Below are positions 36,677 to 46,058 of a stretch of DNA of 54,161 bases, piece after piece. Below the pieces are notes generated by a model. The model searched no databases. It worked only from the letters and a program-made list of their open reading frames with translations, and had not been told where the DNA came from. The stretch spans positions 1 through 54,161 of the forward strand of contig CAYZYR010000002.1 in the NCBI GenBank assembly GCA_964482785.1, given 5' to 3'. Positions within the stretch are counted from its first letter, which is position 1. Each line of letters opens with the position of its first letter. Made by a program: the position numbers and the translations under genes. The stretch is from an uncultured Candidatus Saccharibacteria bacterium. GTDB lineage: Bacteria; Patescibacteriota; UBA1384; VFKW01.

Positions 36677-36812
36677 AGTAACAACATGCTTTTAAAAGAC
36701 ATCCCGGAGGTTTGCAAGCTTGGTGGTCGCCTTCGGCGACCTTGCAAACCAAGGGTAAGCGGCGGCTTTCACAGGAAAAGCCGAACGCGGTTTTTAAAAG
36801 CATGTTTTTACT
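36677..36812. repeat. 136-bp element bounded by 21-bp inverted repeats around a GC-rich multi-hairpin core (candidate ncRNA, MITE-like element or compound terminator)
   Basis: AGTAACAACATGCTTTTAAAA (36677..36697) pairs with TTTTAAAAGCATGTTTTTACT (36792..36812) with 1 mismatch. The core contains GGTTTGCAAG..GGTCGC-CTTCG-GCGACC..CTTGCAAACC and CGGCTTT-CACAGG-AAAGCCG hairpins. Confidence 0.55.
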
Positions 36813-36916
36813 AAGGTGCCTTATCCAACCCCAAACGAGTCTCACTGTTCCCTACGCATGGACCTGACTCTAAAAAGAGTCTATAAAAATAACAAATCAT
36901 TAAAGAAAGACAAAAG

Positions 36917-36944
36917 CGCGGTCATTAAAAAGCATGTTTTTACT
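36917..36944. repeat. Third (solo) copy of the repeat arm
   Basis: GCGCGGTCATTAAAAAGCATGTTTTTACT compares with ACGCGGTTTTTAAAAGCATGTTTTTACT at 36784..36812. It lies directly after the stop of the pilus operon. Confidence 0.5.
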
Positions 36945-36948
36945 CGAT

Positions 36949-37425
36949 TTACTTGCTTAAACTATACTCTCCCGCATGCTTAATCCCCGCATAGAAACCC
37001 TTAACCTTAAAAACATAATTCATTTCATCGTCTTTTCTACATACCTCAAAATACTGGTGATCTTTCCTGAACGCGCTAATCTTTTCACCCGAATCATCCA
37101 CAACGTAAAACCCTGATTTAGCCAAATTATCTGATTTATCAATATCATAATTAAAACAATGATCATCCTCCACAACAGCCTCAACGGTTTCAGAGGACAC
37201 AGGTTCTGGACTTAAAGCCGCCTTCATATACTTCATCCCATAAACCTTGGCGTTATCAGCCGTCATAGAATCAAATGATTTAGCGTTATTTTGTGTAAAC
37301 ATCAGCGTTATCTCTGAAAAACTGATAATCACCGGCACCATCACCACCAGCAAAACAATAACCACCAAGCTAGCTGACGCCTTCCTCCGCTTGTCTGTAT
37401 TAAAAATTATCTTCATCTTACTCAT
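36949..37425 (-). CDS. Membrane-anchored hypothetical protein, last gene of the pilus operon
   Basis: The start is probably ATG 37425 (MSKMKIIFNTDKRRKASASLVVIVLLVVMVPVII). The track start 37500 overlaps the upstream gene. Confidence 0.55.
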   Translation of the reverse strand: MSKMKIIFNTDKRRKASASLVVIVLLVVMVPVIISFSEITLMFTQNNAKSFDSMTADNAKVYGMKYMKAALSPEPVSSETVEAVVEDDHCFNYDIDKSDNLAKSGFYVVDDSGEKISAFRKDHQYFEVCRKDDEMNYVFKVKGFYAGIKHAGEYSLSK

Positions 37426-37432
37426 AATTATC

Positions 37433-37951
37433 TCATTTCGCCGGAGCAATCGTAGTCGAAACTGTCGTCCGATACGTATTCTTCCCCAAACTTGCCTCAA
37501 CCACGAAATTCACATCGACATATGACATATCATTACCTGCAACCGGACCAAAAACTGGCGTATCATTATCCACTTTTTCAATCTTCACCTTGGACGAATT
37601 AATTGGATTATTATTTATATCTCCATCATCAGAATATAATAATTTATTATTACTATCATCATACGAAATACTCGGATTTCCACCGAAACAACCCAAACTA
37701 ACCTTATTACCGTTATTATCTCCAGGTACATCTATCATACACCCCTCCCTCCTAATCTCCCGATAAATAAATCCCACCATATCGCTCACCTCAGCCTGAA
37801 CCTCTCTCTGTAAAGCCACCTTTCGATTAACCACCAGTAAAGCCATCAGCGACTCATAAATAGTCACGATTAAAATCGAAAAGATCGTCATCGCCACCAA
37901 AAGCTCAACCAGAGTAAAACCTTTCTTTTTATCGTTCTTAAAATTCATCAT
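37433..37951 (-). CDS. Type IV pilin/pseudopilin-like protein
   Basis: KKKGFTLVELLVAMTIFSILIV prepilin cleavage/methylation motif. Confidence 0.75.
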   Translation of the reverse strand: MMNFKNDKKKGFTLVELLVAMTIFSILIVTIYESLMALLVVNRKVALQREVQAEVSDMVGFIYREIRREGCMIDVPGDNNGNKVSLGCFGGNPSISYDDSNNKLLYSDDGDINNNPINSSKVKIEKVDNDTPVFGPVAGNDMSYVDVNFVVEASLGKNTYRTTVSTTIAPAK

Positions 37952-37954
37952 CGC

Positions 37955-38470
37955 CTACTTACTCATAAAATATTTCGAATTTACCTTCAAAAGATTATCT
38001 GCTGCTGTCGGATTATCCCAACTCACCTCAATCGTAAATTTGGCTTCATCAGTTGATCCCACATCCTCTTTGTTAATATTAACTTTATAATCTGTTAAAT
38101 CTCTCGGGAACAAACAATTATTGGGATTCCTAACTTCAATAGATCCTTCATTAGTACCAATACAGACATCCTCCGCAAAATCTCCCACAAAACTCGTCCA
38201 AGTTACGTCATTTATTTCCTCCGGAAGTATGCTGTCATCATTAACCACATCCTCTTTAACCTGGTCATAATAAGCCTGGATCCTAGCCTGTTGTTGCATC
38301 AACACCATATTGGCTTGCAATCTCTGTCCATTTAATACCGACATTCTCTGCACACTCTGCGACAACCCTAAGATCTGCGCCACTGCCGCTCCCGCCACTA
38401 TCAAGGATATCAACACCTCAACCAAAGTAAAACCCGCTCGCCTTCTCAATTTAAATCTCTTAATCAACAT
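37955..38470 (-). CDS. Type IV pilin/pseudopilin-like protein
   Basis: RRRAGFTLVEVLISLIVAGAAV motif. Confidence 0.75.
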   Translation of the reverse strand: MLIKRFKLRRRAGFTLVEVLISLIVAGAAVAQILGLSQSVQRMSVLNGQRLQANMVLMQQQARIQAYYDQVKEDVVNDDSILPEEINDVTWTSFVGDFAEDVCIGTNEGSIEVRNPNNCLFPRDLTDYKVNINKEDVGSTDEAKFTIEVSWDNPTAADNLLKVNSKYFMSK

Positions 38471-39089
38471 ACATCGCTCCAGTTACAACTTGAATCACAA
38501 TGTCCTTCGTTTTACCGTCCTCCACATTCCCAACCCTAATCACAAATTGCTGTTTATCGCTCTTATCAAGTCCATCAAGATGACCGTTATCATTCGCCCC
38601 ACTCCCAGAAAAAAATTTCATCCCGTTTCCATCCATCTCAAACTGGATTCCTGAATAACCCGCATCATCTACAGCTCGAAAATTACCCGAAAGATCTCTC
38701 CACCCCACCGCGTTGACATGGATTCCTCGAGGTAAATTTATAGCCTCATCATTGCAAGCGCCATTATCATCACTGTCTAAAAAATTCTTATATGTTCCAA
38801 AAGCAACCTTGCAAATCCTTATTTCCTGCGGGGGCGGTTGTTCCACTCTAAAAAGCACTTGATAACCATCGTCGACTTCAAACTCATCCTCTTGGCTCGG
38901 CGCTCTAGCCGAATTTTTCGCCTTCAAAATAGCCTGCCGCAAAATCTCCGTTCCATTATCCAGCGATCTTTGCCTGCCGTAATCAGAAAGCATCGGGAAA
39001 CTAACCCCCATCAAAATAGTGATTATACTGATCACAACCAACAATTCCATCAACGAATAACCAAATTTTCCTCTGTTATTTATAATCAC
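38460..39089 (-). CDS. Type IV pilin/pseudopilin-like protein
   Basis: GKFGYSLMELLVVISIITILMGV motif. Confidence 0.7.
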   Translation of the reverse strand: MIINNRGKFGYSLMELLVVISIITILMGVSFPMLSDYGRQRSLDNGTEILRQAILKAKNSARAPSQEDEFEVDDGYQVLFRVEQPPPQEIRICKVAFGTYKNFLDSDDNGACNDEAINLPRGIHVNAVGWRDLSGNFRAVDDAGYSGIQFEMDGNGMKFFSGSGANDNGHLDGLDKSDKQQFVIRVGNVEDGKTKDIVIQVVTGAMYVD

Positions 39090-39852
39090 TAAAATCCACC
39101 TTTGATATAAAATTTTTATCCTTCATTTTATAATTTATCTTGGTCCTTCTCAAAATCTTGGATTGGTCATCGACCAAAATCTCCATATTTTCAACCTGCA
39201 CACTCGTCTTAGAATCAAAAGATTTAATCATATTTTTAAAATCATTAATCGACTTGCCATCAAAATCGCTCACCAAATACCAAGTACATATCTTTTCCTC
39301 AAGATTAGTTTTCCCAATAACTTTCCCTTTCTTGGCCAACTCCAAATACGACACCGGATCAAGAAATCCATATATCGACCCTAAAAACAACTCTTTATTC
39401 TGCTTGATAGTTTCAGGATCGCTCTTAACATTTCCACCTATTCCAAACCTAATAAAATCAAAATATTGCTGATCAAAAAAACTACTCGCACTACTCTCAA
39501 TTAGTGAATTGTTATCAATTCTTATCTTAGAGTCGACTAATTGGCTATCGTTTACCCTTTTTGACGCCTCAAGATCAATCCTATCGCCAGAAACTTTCCC
39601 AACCAAAAATCCCTCTGTCTTACCCTCATCCACATACAATTTAACCTCAAAATTATAATTATTTTGCCCTCTCGTTGCCCTGATCGATTCTCTCACATCC
39701 AGCCGCTTCGAAAAATTCTTCGGCAAAATCAAGTAATTTACCGTCAAAAATATTGCGATCGTCGCCACAACCACCAGCAAAGTAGCAATTATCTTGCTGT
39801 CAGGATTAATATCGTCAATTTGTAATACAATTCTTCGCCTTCTCCTCGCCAC
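39076..39852 (-). CDS. Single-pass membrane protein of the pilus operon (no prepilin motif)
   Basis: MARRRRRIVLQ...IIATLLVVVATIAIFLTVNYLIL anchor, with overlapping stop/start on both sides. Confidence 0.6.
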   Translation of the reverse strand: MARRRRRIVLQIDDINPDSKIIATLLVVVATIAIFLTVNYLILPKNFSKRLDVRESIRATRGQNNYNFEVKLYVDEGKTEGFLVGKVSGDRIDLEASKRVNDSQLVDSKIRIDNNSLIESSASSFFDQQYFDFIRFGIGGNVKSDPETIKQNKELFLGSIYGFLDPVSYLELAKKGKVIGKTNLEEKICTWYLVSDFDGKSINDFKNMIKSFDSKTSVQVENMEILVDDQSKILRRTKINYKMKDKNFISKVDFSDYK

Positions 39853-40467
39853 TTATTCCTCCGAGTCCACATATATAGGCAAACCTTCATCAAATAAGTT
39901 AAAAACATAATTCTTTTGGGAAGAATCCACTTTTGAAACTTCCTTACCTACCTCATACCTGTCATTATCGCACTTCACATCCTCTTCAGTACAATCTCTG
40001 TACATCGCACTGCCGCCCGTCTCCAACACCGCGCTTATCTCATATTTATCGATATAATTATCAACCACATATCTCCAATTAAATTCCGGCTTGGAAATAG
40101 TCGCCTTAGGATCCTTATCCACCAGATCAGAAAAACCCATATAACTCAGGCACTTATTCACGCTCATAAAACCCATTATCTGCTGGTCATTCTCCGGACT
40201 ACATCTAAATCCATATTCTGTATCATCAATACCAGTATTATCATCTTTATTAACCCCCGGGTTCGGATAAAATTTATACTGCGTATAAAAATTCTCCACT
40301 CCCATTTTCACCTTTTGCATGCCCGTCTTTCTTTTCGCATCTCTACCTTTAGCTCTGATTTGCCCTACTCCCGCCACCGTCACCGTCGACAAAATAGCGA
40401 TAATACTGATAACAATAATTACCTCAACTATCGTAAATCCAGATTTTATCTTTCCATACTTCATCAA
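39853..40467 (-). CDS. Type IV pilin/pseudopilin-like protein
   Basis: KIKSGFTIVEVIIVISIIAILSTV motif. Confidence 0.75.
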   Translation of the reverse strand: MMKYGKIKSGFTIVEVIIVISIIAILSTVTVAGVGQIRAKGRDAKRKTGMQKVKMGVENFYTQYKFYPNPGVNKDDNTGIDDTEYGFRCSPENDQQIMGFMSVNKCLSYMGFSDLVDKDPKATISKPEFNWRYVVDNYIDKYEISAVLETGGSAMYRDCTEEDVKCDNDRYEVGKEVSKVDSSQKNYVFNLFDEGLPIYVDSEE

Positions 40468-41114
40468 TCCACCTTATTTTTCCCTTTACACGAGCCATTT
40501 CCGTTCTTTAAATTTTCAAGATTTCCTGTTTCTGCATCATCTTTAGGTGGCCTCGCATACAACGATTTATAAACATCATCGCAGGTATTTTTATCTCCAT
40601 CCGGCCCATAAGACAAAATCGCAATCTGAACATTATCATAAGGCGGCCCTAAATAGTTAAAATCCAATAAATAATCCCTGCCCCAAGGATCCTTTCCTAA
40701 ACTATCAATATAAGGCCCCTGCCAATTATAATACTCCCGCGAGTCGCAAGTATCAGACCCGCTCGGTTCCACAGAAAACCCATAAGGATTCGGCACAGTA
40801 ACAGCTTTATTAGCATCTCTCAGCCCCGCTCCCTTCGAGTTATCCAAAACAACTGCCGGCAGACTATTCCCCGCTTCCATCGCCTTCGCACCATACCCGC
40901 ATGGATACAATTTCGTATCGCCATACAATGAAGCGACTGCCGTCGCCAATTTCGCTACCGTCTTCTTTGCTGTCACAACTTTTGATTTTTCACTGGCCGT
41001 TCGCCGGTTCAAAAAAATAATCCCACTCAAAATAGCAATTATCCAAATAATAACCAGTGCTTCGATAATCGTAAAACCGGCTTTCATCCCGGTTGCCTTC
41101 TGGTTTCCAAACAT
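40464..41114 (-). CDS. GspG/PulG-like major pseudopilin/pilin
   Basis: MKAGFTIIEALVIIWIIAILSGII plus DPWGRDYLLD...SYGPDGDKN, which resembles the GspG signature. Confidence 0.75.
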   Translation of the reverse strand: MFGNQKATGMKAGFTIIEALVIIWIIAILSGIIFLNRRTASEKSKVVTAKKTVAKLATAVASLYGDTKLYPCGYGAKAMEAGNSLPAVVLDNSKGAGLRDANKAVTVPNPYGFSVEPSGSDTCDSREYYNWQGPYIDSLGKDPWGRDYLLDFNYLGPPYDNVQIAILSYGPDGDKNTCDDVYKSLYARPPKDDAETGNLENLKNGNGSCKGKNKVD

Positions 41115-41135
41115 ATAACTCCCAGCACAAATCCG

Positions 41136-42329
41136 TTAAAAAACATTTACCAAACTATAAATCGGACCCAAAATACTGATCACCACAAACCCGACTCCGC
41201 CGCCTAAAAAAACAAAAATAAAGGGCTCCAGAAGCGAAGTAAAACTCTTCAACTTATTATTCACTTCCTCTTCGTAGTAATCAGCCAAAGTATTACACAT
41301 ACCCGACAAATCACCGGTCTGCTGTCCCACATAAAGCATTTGAGACATCAGCGGCGGAAAATACGAACTTCTCCTCAAAACCAAACTAATCGACGATCCT
41401 TGTTCAAGCGATTTAGCCATCAAACCAAGCAAATCCTGGTAAATAGTATTCGTCGTTGTATTACGAACGATCCCAACAGCTTCAATAATAGGTACGCCCG
41501 CCATCAAAAGCAAAGAAAAAGTTCGAGTAAATCTAGCGTAAAACACTTCCCGTACCAAAGTCCCGAAAACCGGAAAATTAACTGATATATAACTTTTCGT
41601 CTTTTTGCCGATAGTTGTCATCAAAAACAACTTTATCCCAGCAACCAGTCCAAATGTTCCCGCCAAAATCCAAACAATATTTTTCGACATAAAAGTACTC
41701 ATCCCGATCAAAATCTGCGTCTGCAAAGGCAAATCCACATTTTGCTCCACAAATATACTTGTAATCGAAGGAATAATTTTCGTCATCACGATAAATAACA
41801 CCGCAATCATAACCACGATAATAATTATCGGATAGGCCATCGCCCCTCGAATTTTTGATACAAAAGAAGCCGACGTTGCTACCTGCCCCGACAACTCTTC
41901 CAAAACCACCTCCAGCTTACCCGTTACCTCGCCCGCTTTCAAAACCCCCGTCTCAATATGCGGGAAAACGCTAGGATAATTCTCCAGGCATTTAGAGAGA
42001 GGAAATCCATTCTCTAAACCAAGTGTAATCTCTCCCAACACTCGAGACAAAGCCCGGTTTGGTGTCTGTCTGGCGATCTCAACCGTTTGAGTAATAGAAA
42101 TACCCGCCTTCAACATTGTCGTCATCTGGCGATAAAACATCCCACGTTCTCTCGGTTTAATAGAAAACGCCAAAAACATGTCTTGAAACTTGCTTTTTTC
42201 TTTAATCGATATAACATGCAAACTGCGCTTCGTTATGTCTTTGCGAACTTGATTAATTGTAACAGAGGCAACCTTGCCGCTGACAATTTGCCCTTTATTA
42301 TTTTTCGCCTTGAATGTGAAAATTTTCAT
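41136..42329 (-). CDS. pilC: Type IV pilus / T2SS platform protein (PilC/GspF family)
   Basis: Two GspF-type repeats (FYRQMTTMLKAGISI... and FTRTFSLLLMAGVPI...) and three TM blocks. ATG 42329 follows GGAGGGGA. The track start is 42359. Confidence 0.9.
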   Translation of the reverse strand: MKIFTFKAKNNKGQIVSGKVASVTINQVRKDITKRSLHVISIKEKSKFQDMFLAFSIKPRERGMFYRQMTTMLKAGISITQTVEIARQTPNRALSRVLGEITLGLENGFPLSKCLENYPSVFPHIETGVLKAGEVTGKLEVVLEELSGQVATSASFVSKIRGAMAYPIIIIVVMIAVLFIVMTKIIPSITSIFVEQNVDLPLQTQILIGMSTFMSKNIVWILAGTFGLVAGIKLFLMTTIGKKTKSYISVNFPVFGTLVREVFYARFTRTFSLLLMAGVPIIEAVGIVRNTTTNTIYQDLLGLMAKSLEQGSSISLVLRRSSYFPPLMSQMLYVGQQTGDLSGMCNTLADYYEEEVNNKLKSFTSLLEPFIFVFLGGGVGFVVISILGPIYSLVNVF

Positions 42330-42409
42330 TCCCCTCCAGAGTTCGGTGTATACATCCAATACAAATTGCTTAATACAATACTAGCAACTGTTTCACTCGC
42401 AGTCAATCA

Positions 42410-42560
42410 ACCTTCTCCCTCATCATTCCGGTCTAAGTCCGCCCTGAAACCGCCTCCTCCCACCATCATCCTTTCACTTCCTCCTTGCCATCCTGCCTTC
42501 TCCTACTGTCGTCCTGCTTCTTCTCACTGTCATCATAAGTTGCCTCATCTTCTCTATCAT
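42410..42560 (-). promoter_or_regulatory. Purine-rich (GGA/GGAGG-dense) 5' leader region upstream of pilC
   Basis: The plus strand here is almost G-free polypyrimidine. The minus strand reads ...CAGGACGACAGTAGGAGAAGGCAGGATGGCAAGGAGGAAGTGAAAGGATGATGGTGGGAGGAGGCGG... Confidence 0.35.
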
Positions 42561-42771
42561 TATGAGATTATAGAAGGATCCCCTTTTTCTTTGTCATTCT
42601 GAGCAAAGCGAAGGATCTCATCCTTAATCACCCGCCACTTCATTATTTTGATTATTTTTATCATTTAAACTTTTAAATTTGCCATTCGTTTTAAATTCGT
42701 AAATTTTAAATTTTAAAATCTCCTCCAATACACACACCCCAAATATTCTGCTATGATATTATTGAGGTATT

Positions 42772-43266
42772 ATGTTAATACTTGCCACAAAACTTTTCCG
42801 CTCTCCTGTTGTATCGGCTGGAACCGGTAAATTGGGCGAGCTGGGCGAACCTATAGTCGATCCCCAAAATGGCCGCCTCATTGCCTTCTTTGTATCGGGT
42901 GGCATATTCGAACCCAAAAAAATCATCTCTATCGGCGACATTCTCATGCTCAATCCCCAAATAACCATCGTAAATAACCCCGATTCCGTCCTCCCGCCCA
43001 ACGAGATCGTCCGAGTAGATCAATTCATAAAAAGTCGTATAAAATTTTTAAAAAGCAAAGCCTGCACAAAAAACAAAACATATCTAGGAACAATCGAAGA
43101 TGTAGTTATCGACACCGAAACCCAAAGCATTATCAAATATTACATCAAAAACATAATTAGAGACCGTATCTTGCCGTCCGATCTTGTCGTCGAGATCCAA
43201 CCCGATAAAATAATTTTCGAAGATTCTGTCCTCGATCGCCAAACCGCCGCCGGAGCCGCCGCCTAA
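42772..43266 (+). CDS. PRC-barrel domain protein (two PRC-like repeats)
   Basis: ATKLFRSPVVS..GKLGELGEPIVDPQNGRLIAFFV and KACTKNKTYLGTIEDVVIDTETQSIIKYYI. Confidence 0.7.
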   Translation: MLILATKLFRSPVVSAGTGKLGELGEPIVDPQNGRLIAFFVSGGIFEPKKIISIGDILMLNPQITIVNNPDSVLPPNEIVRVDQFIKSRIKFLKSKACTKNKTYLGTIEDVVIDTETQSIIKYYIKNIIRDRILPSDLVVEIQPDKIIFEDSVLDRQTAAGAAA

Positions 43267-43289
43267 AAATATAAAAACAAGGAGGAAAC

Positions 43290-43559
43290 ATGTCCGAAGA
43301 AAAAAATTATGAAGAAAAAAAACATATCGAAGAATTAACCAAAGCCGTTAAAGATCTCACCCAAATACAACGCAAAGTCCTAGTTCAACACACTTTAAGC
43401 AGAAGCTTCATTCGCGGTATATTCTACGCTCTTGGCACAACTCTCGGTCTGGCTATTGTCAGTTCTCTTGCAGTCTGGATTTTAAACTCCCTCGGCATTT
43501 TCGACAATTTCAAAAATCTTTTCAATAATCTCAGACAACTCAATGAATTAATTCAATAA
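43290..43559 (+). CDS. Small membrane protein, DUF5665-like
   Basis: RSFIRGIFYALGTTLGLAIVSSLAVWILN; commonly paired with PRC-barrel genes in CPR genomes (from recollection, not searched). Confidence 0.55.
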   Translation: MSEEKNYEEKKHIEELTKAVKDLTQIQRKVLVQHTLSRSFIRGIFYALGTTLGLAIVSSLAVWILNSLGIFDNFKNLFNNLRQLNELIQ

Positions 43560-43768
43560 AGCCACTCATCATCTGCCGTCAAAATCATTTCTTAGCTGAT
43601 TGGCTTCCTCTACCTTTTTTCTAACTCCTGATTCTTAATTAAAAACCTCTCCCGCAAAAAACCACAAAATCACTCTTGTAAAAGCCCTCTTTTGGCCAAA
43701 AAATTAAATGCAATTAGAAATAAAAAATCAATAAATCTCTCTATCAAAACCAAATATTTTCAAATAAA

Positions 43769-44587
43769 CTATCTCAGAAACTGCCAAAAAAGCTCAAATA
43801 TCGTCTTCTGCGTTCCAGCAAAATCTTTTTCATCAATAATCGTCGCCATCGGGCGCTGGAATGACGCTAAAAGCACTTTATCTCCGTACACAGCGCTAAA
43901 ACGTGGCAAACTAAACCCAACCGGCAAAACCCTTGTGTCCCACGGCACCTCGCCCGCATTCTCATCGCCCCTCAATTTCTCAATAGTTTTCTGTTCGACC
44001 TGCCTAACGCTGATCCTTCGCTTCTCTATCTCTCTAACATACCAGTCAAAATGATCTGGCATCCATCTTTTCCACGCCCCTATCGAACCATAAATCATTA
44101 TCGGCTTTTTCTGCAGCAAGCAATCATTCAGCGCCTCCACCAATCCCTTCGCACCATCATAAAACTGTATTTTCGGTTTCCCGCTCACCATCTCCGACAA
44201 ACCTCGTAATTGCGGGATCAATTCCTTCAGTCCTTCCTGCCGCTCTTCGATTAATTTCCTTTGTTCCGCTAATTCCTCCGCCTGACGATCAACATGACCA
44301 ATCAGTTTCTCCGGCCCTTCCGCAAAGAACTTTTTAACCTTCCCGTCGTCATTCCCAAAAGCCACAAACCCGGATTTCTCCAGCTCCTTCAAAATATCAT
44401 AAACCGTAGTCCGTTGAAGCTTAGTATTTTTCGCGATTTCACTCGCCGTCATTTCCCCATACTGTAACAACGATAAATAAACTCGCGCCTTTTTGTCGGA
44501 AAAACCCAATTTAGATAATGCGTGACTAAATGCCACATTTCCTCCCGTCGATACACCATCAACACCAAAAAATCCCAATTTAATCAT
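43769..44587 (-). CDS. TrmB-like transcriptional regulator, paralog 4
   Basis: ALSKLGFSDKKARVYLSLLQYGEMTASEIAKNTKLQRTTVYDILKELEKSGFV plus a C-terminal domain ending DFAGTQKTIFELFW. Confidence 0.75.
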   Translation of the reverse strand: MIKLGFFGVDGVSTGGNVAFSHALSKLGFSDKKARVYLSLLQYGEMTASEIAKNTKLQRTTVYDILKELEKSGFVAFGNDDGKVKKFFAEGPEKLIGHVDRQAEELAEQRKLIEERQEGLKELIPQLRGLSEMVSGKPKIQFYDGAKGLVEALNDCLLQKKPIMIYGSIGAWKRWMPDHFDWYVREIEKRRISVRQVEQKTIEKLRGDENAGEVPWDTRVLPVGFSLPRFSAVYGDKVLLASFQRPMATIIDEKDFAGTQKTIFELFWQFLR

Positions 44588-44684
44588 TAAATTATTTCAA
44601 ATTATATTATCGTGTCGAACATTATTCGACCACCAAAATCAGTCGAAAAAACAATCATTGTAAAATAAACATTGCCTGTGTTTA

Positions 44685-45020
44685 TTAATTTAACTCACCT
44701 TTTACCAACTTTTCCAAAAAAACAATATCTTTCATACAATGAGCCAAAGCCGCATTCACAATATCAGATTTACTAACCTTAATTCTTCTTTCCATCCGTA
44801 GCCTAAATTTTGCCACCTCCAAATCTTCCAGAATTTGCGGATTAAAATAAAATGTAAACTTTACAGGCTCCAATGATACAACCTCAGCCCCTTTTCTCTC
44901 GATAGTCGGTTCCTCTTTTACAACCGGTTCCAAACTCTCAGATCTAACCGGTGTCCTGCTTTTTGTGTGCGATCCAAACAACAGATCTGCTCCTGGCAAA
45001 TCAGTTTTACCTTTAGCCAT
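44685..45020 (-). CDS. Small ParA partner: disordered N-terminus plus a ribbon-helix-helix-like C-terminus (ParG/adaptor-like, replacing ParB)
   Basis: ATG 45020 has AAGGAGG 6 nt upstream and overlaps the parA 3' end by 8 nt. MAKGKTDLPGADLLFG resembles the ParB N-terminal peptide. KFTFYFNPQILEDLEVAKFRLR...SKSDIVNAALAH fits a beta-alpha-alpha RHH pattern. Confidence 0.55.
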   Translation of the reverse strand: MAKGKTDLPGADLLFGSHTKSRTPVRSESLEPVVKEEPTIERKGAEVVSLEPVKFTFYFNPQILEDLEVAKFRLRMERRIKVSKSDIVNAALAHCMKDIVFLEKLVKGELN

Positions 45021-45819
45021 TATCAACCTCCTTGGCAACCGCTCGATATTGCTCCGCCGCCTCGGAAGTCTTCGCATGCGTCAGCACAGACTCTCCGGCC
45101 ACAGTCGCATAATCAAAGCGTACTGTTTCTTTAATAACAGTGTTAAATACCTTATCTCCAAATGCCTCCCTCGCTCGCTCCAATACCTGCCGCGAATGAT
45201 GAGTTCGGTTATTATACATCGTTAATAAAATTCCTTTCAACTCAAGATTAGCGTTCATACCGCTGTCTCGAACCTTAGAAATAGTATCCATCAGTTGACT
45301 CATTCCTCTCATTGCCCAATAAGCGCACTGCAAAGGAACAATTACTCCGTCAGCCGCCACAAGCGCGTTTAATGTCAAAAGGCCCAGTGATGGCGGACAA
45401 TCAATCAAAATATAGTCAAAACGCTTCTTATGCGGTTTCAAAATATCCGTCAGCGTTTTTTCTCGATTTTCCCGGCCAAAAAGCTGGATTTCCGCCGCCG
45501 TCAGATCTAACGTCGCCGGCGCCACCATTAGCCCGGGCACGCTTGTCTTATGAAATACCTTATGCATAGAAACACTATCAAAAAGCGCGTGGTACACGCT
45601 TCTGCCCTCTATCTCATCAACATTAATTCCCAGCCCAATAGACATATTGGACTGCGGATCAAAATCAATCAACAATACGCTCTTACCACGCTCAGCTAAT
45701 GCTACTCCCAGGTTAATAGTACTGGTTGTCTTGCCAACTCCACCCTTTTGATTTGCCACCGCAAAAATCTTCGTCTCCCGGCTTTTATCTTTAAACATAT
45801 CAAACGATCGCAACACCAA
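45013..45819 (-). CDS. parA: ParA/Soj-family partition ATPase
   Basis: KIFAVANQKGGVGKTTSTINLG deviant Walker A, followed by LLIDFDPQSN. Confidence 0.9.
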   Translation of the reverse strand: MVLRSFDMFKDKSRETKIFAVANQKGGVGKTTSTINLGVALAERGKSVLLIDFDPQSNMSIGLGINVDEIEGRSVYHALFDSVSMHKVFHKTSVPGLMVAPATLDLTAAEIQLFGRENREKTLTDILKPHKKRFDYILIDCPPSLGLLTLNALVAADGVIVPLQCAYWAMRGMSQLMDTISKVRDSGMNANLELKGILLTMYNNRTHHSRQVLERAREAFGDKVFNTVIKETVRFDYATVAGESVLTHAKTSEAAEQYRAVAKEVDNG

Positions 45820-45946
45820 ACCTCCTTGTGCTAATTAGTTACGCAAACAACCTTACCTATATACAATTATTACACCATACTTAATTGCATGTCAACATTT
45901 TTATCATTAAACACTCATTATTTTATACAATAAAATATTTAAAATT

Positions 45947-45955
45947 TTATCCACA
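45947..45955 (+). promoter_or_regulatory. Perfect DnaA-box consensus 9-mer
   Basis: TTATCCACA. Weaker relatives are TTATCCAAG (46157), TTATCCAAC (46909) and ATTTCCACA (47359). Confidence 0.3.
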
Positions 45956-46006
45956 TATAAAATAATACTTTACTACAATTATATAAGTGAAAATTTTATA
46001 CTGTAT

Positions 46007-46058
46007 TACACGTAATTAATATAATTTAACCCGCAAAATATAATTATACACGTAATTA
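46007..46058. repeat. Two TACACGTAATTA 12-mers exactly 40 bp apart upstream of parA (candidate centromere/operator iterons)
   Basis: Copies at 46007..46018 and 46047..46058. The second extends into the 12-bp palindrome ACGTAATTACGT. A related TGCACGTA lies at 46177. Confidence 0.4.

Noticed and set aside
36830-36890. SRP (4.5S) RNA
   Set aside because: The minus strand contains GTCAGGTCC, as in helix 8. However, the conserved GGAA tetraloop and AGCAGC 3' side are absent, and no closing 5'/3' helix is evident.
42087-42602. 171-aa plus-strand ORF
   Set aside because: It overlaps pilC antisense and then reads through the polypyrimidine tract, giving S/P/L-rich low complexity.
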